This document shows positions 61,280 to 64,000 of a DNA stretch of 64,000 bases, one piece after another (position 1 is the stretch's first letter; each line of letters opens with the position of its first letter). Source of the stretch: Candidatus Spongiisociaceae bacterium (GTDB lineage: Bacteria > Actinomycetota > Acidimicrobiia > Spongiisociales > Spongiisociaceae); the NCBI GenBank assembly GCA_965262915.1, contig OZ253564.1, forward strand, positions 128,001 to 192,000. Direction: 5' to 3'. The notes beneath the pieces are model-generated. The model was given only the letters and a program-made list of their open reading frames with translations. It did not search any database and was not told the origin of the DNA. The position numbers and the translations under genes are program-made.

Positions 61280-62251
61280 TTGGGTTCCCGACCCGACCTA
61301 TCGCGCTCCAGTCCGCGGTCCCTGTTCCGCGGGTCGCGGGAGTCGCGTCTGGCGCCCTACCTCTTTCTGGCGCCGTTCCTGATCCTGTTCACCGTCTTCA
61401 CGATCTACCCGGCCGCGCTGGGTGTCTACCTGAGCCTGACCAAATGGACGGGCGCGGTCGGCCAGGAACCCGAGTTGATCGGCCTGTCCAACTACCGGCG
61501 CATGCTGAAGGATCCGTCCTTCCTTACCGCCCTCACCAATACCGTCTGGCTGGCGGTTGCCGCGGTCGTCGTGATCGTCCCGACCGCTTTGTTCCTGGCG
61601 ATGGTCCTGAACACCCACTGGATACGCCTTCGCACGTTCCTGCGAACGGCCTTCTTCCTCCCTATAGGGACGCCGACCGTTGTGATCGCCATGGTGTTCA
61701 TCGTCCTCTACAGCGAGCACTACGGGGCTCTCAACTGGTTCCTGGGGCTCGTCGGCCTTGGCCCGTTCAACTTCACGGGGACGCCGGCCTTCGTCAAACC
61801 CGCCATCGTGGGCCTCCTGCTGTGGCAGTGGACCTCGGTTCCCATGATCTACTTCCTGGCGGGTCTGCAGGGCATCCCCCCCTCCCTCTACGACGCGGCG
61901 GCGGTCGACGGGGCCGGGCCCTGGTCTTCGTTCCGCCGGGTGACGTTACCCCTCCTCCGGCCGGTGACCCTCCTGGTACTGGTGCTGCTTGTCAACGACG
62001 CCATCCGCATCTTCGACCAGATATTCATCCTCATGTTCTTCACCGGCGCTCCCTACCAGACCAGTGGTGGACCGGGTGAGCAGGGCCTGACGCTGGTCCT
62101 CTACATGTACCGGTCGGCGTTCCGGTTCAGGGAGTTGGGATTCGGGGCGGCGGTAGGAATCTCGATCTTCGTGCTGGGGCTGGGGATCGCCCTGGTCCAG
62201 CTGTGGAGGTTCGGCGCGTTGAGAAAGGAGGGCGGCGGTGCCGGCTACTGA
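61280..62251 (+). CDS. Carbohydrate ABC transporter permease
   Basis: GL.NY and LAGLQGIP..LYDAA.VDGA...F..VTLPLL motifs. Confidence 0.92.
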   Translation: MGSRPDLSRSSPRSLFRGSRESRLAPYLFLAPFLILFTVFTIYPAALGVYLSLTKWTGAVGQEPELIGLSNYRRMLKDPSFLTALTNTVWLAVAAVVVIVPTALFLAMVLNTHWIRLRTFLRTAFFLPIGTPTVVIAMVFIVLYSEHYGALNWFLGLVGLGPFNFTGTPAFVKPAIVGLLLWQWTSVPMIYFLAGLQGIPPSLYDAAAVDGAGPWSSFRRVTLPLLRPVTLLVLVLLVNDAIRIFDQIFILMFFTGAPYQTSGGPGEQGLTLVLYMYRSAFRFRELGFGAAVGISIFVLGLGIALVQLWRFGALRKEGGGAGY

Positions 62252-63128
62252 TGTCGAGCGGCGGCCGGTAGCAGTCACCACCGCGGGAGCCGGCTCGTCC
62301 CTCTACCGGCGGCGAGCAATCCGGATCCTCATCCAGGTGCTGCTGGTGCTCGCGGCCGTGGCCGCGCTCTACCCTCTCATCTTCATGGTCTCCGGCTCGC
62401 TCAAGCGGGTGTCCGAACTCACGTCCCTGCCCCCCACCCTCATTCCGAGAGCCTTCGATCCGGGCGGCTACCAGCAACTGGCAACGACCGGATTCCCCCG
62501 CTGGTTCGCCAACAGCATCGTGGTGACCGGCCTTCGGGTCGGCCTGACCATCCTGGTGTCGTCCATGGCGGCCTTCGCATTCGCGGTGTACCGTTTCCCG
62601 TTCAGGCGGACCCTGTTCATCATCGTGGTCGGGTCGTTGCTCCTTCCTTTCGAAGTGCTCTACCTACCGCTGCTGTCGCTGATGATCGACCTCGACTGGA
62701 TGAACACCTACCGGGCTCTGATCCTCCCGTTCGTCGCCAGCGGTTTCTCAGTGTTCGTGATCCACCAGTACATGGTCAGCCTGCCGTCCGAACTCATCCA
62801 GGCGGCCCGGGTGGACGGCGCGTCGGAGTGGCGTATCTACTGGAACGTCGCCATGCCGCTTGCCCGGCCCATCCTCGGAGCGGTGGGCGTCATTCTGTTC
62901 ATCCAGACGTGGAACAGCTTCTTCTGGCCCCTCATCGTCCTCCAGGACGCGGACCTGTTCGTCCTGCCGGTAGGTCTCACGGCCTTACTCGCCAGGGTGT
63001 TCCACGAGCAGGACATGTGGACGGCGGTCCTGGCCGGAAGTACCTTGATGACCCTCCCGATGGTGGTCGTCTTCCTCGTGATGCAACGCCAACTGGTGGC
63101 AGGACTGACCGAGGGCTTCAAAGCCTGA
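62238..63128 (+). CDS. Carbohydrate ABC transporter permease
   Basis: NS, LP.ELIQAARVDGA and WN.F.WP motifs. Confidence 0.92.
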   Translation: MPATDVERRPVAVTTAGAGSSLYRRRAIRILIQVLLVLAAVAALYPLIFMVSGSLKRVSELTSLPPTLIPRAFDPGGYQQLATTGFPRWFANSIVVTGLRVGLTILVSSMAAFAFAVYRFPFRRTLFIIVVGSLLLPFEVLYLPLLSLMIDLDWMNTYRALILPFVASGFSVFVIHQYMVSLPSELIQAARVDGASEWRIYWNVAMPLARPILGAVGVILFIQTWNSFFWPLIVLQDADLFVLPVGLTALLARVFHEQDMWTAVLAGSTLMTLPMVVVFLVMQRQLVAGLTEGFKA

Positions 63129-63167
63129 GCGACACGGCCTGCTCTCCCCGGCGGTTGACGCCCCCGG

Positions 63168-64000
63168 TCAGATGTCGAAGTAGGAAACCGGACCCGGAAC
63201 GAAGCCCATCAACCGCTGGTAGGTCTGGACTATCTGCCGCTCCGTCATACCGGCCAGCAGATCAGCAGTCAAGCGCTGTGGACTATCCCCGCTATAGAGC
63301 CGATCCCGGGTCGCCTGCGTTAGTAAGGCAAGGGCACGATCCTTCTTGCTCTCTATCGCCTCCAAGTAGATCCCGAAGAGCTTTGCGAGCATCCTTCGTT
63401 GTCCCGCTCGGATGCTTACAAGACGTGGGTGCTCGATCACGTAATACTTCGTAAGCTCCTTTAGGAGCGTGACGTCGGTTCTGGCCCGCTCCTCGATCTT
63501 GACGGTTCTTGCGTCATCCTCGGCGGGCTCACACAGGGAGATGGCGTTGGTGAAAGTAGTTATCAGACCCGAGGCCGCCTCCCGTAATGTATCGCGCTGA
63601 TGCCCACCGCCATCGAACGGGGCATCGAGCCGCGAGAAGCCAGGATCCAGAAGAGAGACAAGCCGCTTTCCTAGCTCTGTCTCGTCCGTCGCGAGGTACG
63701 GCTTCTCACGATGGATCGCCGCGGCTGCGCGCTCGATCTCCGGTGTCACAGGACCAGGCCGACCATAGGAACCGTACCCATGAAGATGCTCGAGCGGAAT
63801 GAGACCAGCTTTGTAGAAGTCTTCCATGTCGTGAACGGCGTAGGTGATGTCATCGGCCCAGTCCATGAGTTCGGCCTCAACGCTCCGCTGTCCCTCCTGG
63901 AGGCCCACTCCCTCCCGGGCCCACGCGAAGCTTTCGGCGTCCTCCCTGTAAGCACCCCACTTACGCCCTCGGTCACCGCCCTTCTCCCACAGCCATGGAT
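63168..64000 (-). CDS. dgt: dNTP triphosphohydrolase (dGTPase family), 3' part
   Basis: EAELMDWADDITYAVHDMED and D..AGMTE motifs; 5' end lies outside the window. Confidence 0.85.
   Translation of the reverse strand, partial: PWLWEKGGDRGRKWGAYREDAESFAWAREGVGLQEGQRSVEAELMDWADDITYAVHDMEDFYKAGLIPLEHLHGYGSYGRPGPVTPEIERAAAAIHREKPYLATDETELGKRLVSLLDPGFSRLDAPFDGGGHQRDTLREAASGLITTFTNAISLCEPAEDDARTVKIEERARTDVTLLKELTKYYVIEHPRLVSIRAGQRRMLAKLFGIYLEAIESKKDRALALLTQATRDRLYSGDSPQRLTADLLAGMTERQIVQTYQRLMGFVPGPVSYFDI

Noticed and set aside
63168-64000. dGTPase as an anti-phage defence gene
   Set aside because: Only the 3' part is visible with no defence context in the window, so it cannot be told apart from housekeeping dgt.

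Overview
High-GC bacterial DNA. The Thr/Ala-linker lipoproteins, ISL3/IS256 remnants and CocE/NonD expansion are consistent with an actinobacterium such as Acidimicrobiia; this is inference only. The window is a hydrolase-rich catabolic island with repeated paralogs: at least 7 full or partial PTER/PHP-type phosphotriesterase-related genes, 3 close amidohydrolase paralogs, 3 CocE/NonD hydrolases, 3 hydantoinase/oxoprolinases, 2 PhyH dioxygenases, 2 VOC proteins, NitT/TauT-type ABC parts and a sugar ABC cassette. Small toxin-antitoxin modules (MNT-HEPN fusion, RelBE-like, DinJ-YafQ, orphan HicB) sit between these genes. Insertion or truncation points are often marked by ~110-bp MITE-like elements or degenerate 7-bp tandem arrays. 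About 34.5-54.3 kb is a mosaic of fused gene fragments, IS remnants, a ~1.17-kb near-identical duplication and four in-frame amber stops. I saw no rRNA, tRNA or CRISPR array. All assignments come from motif recognition by eye, without database searches.
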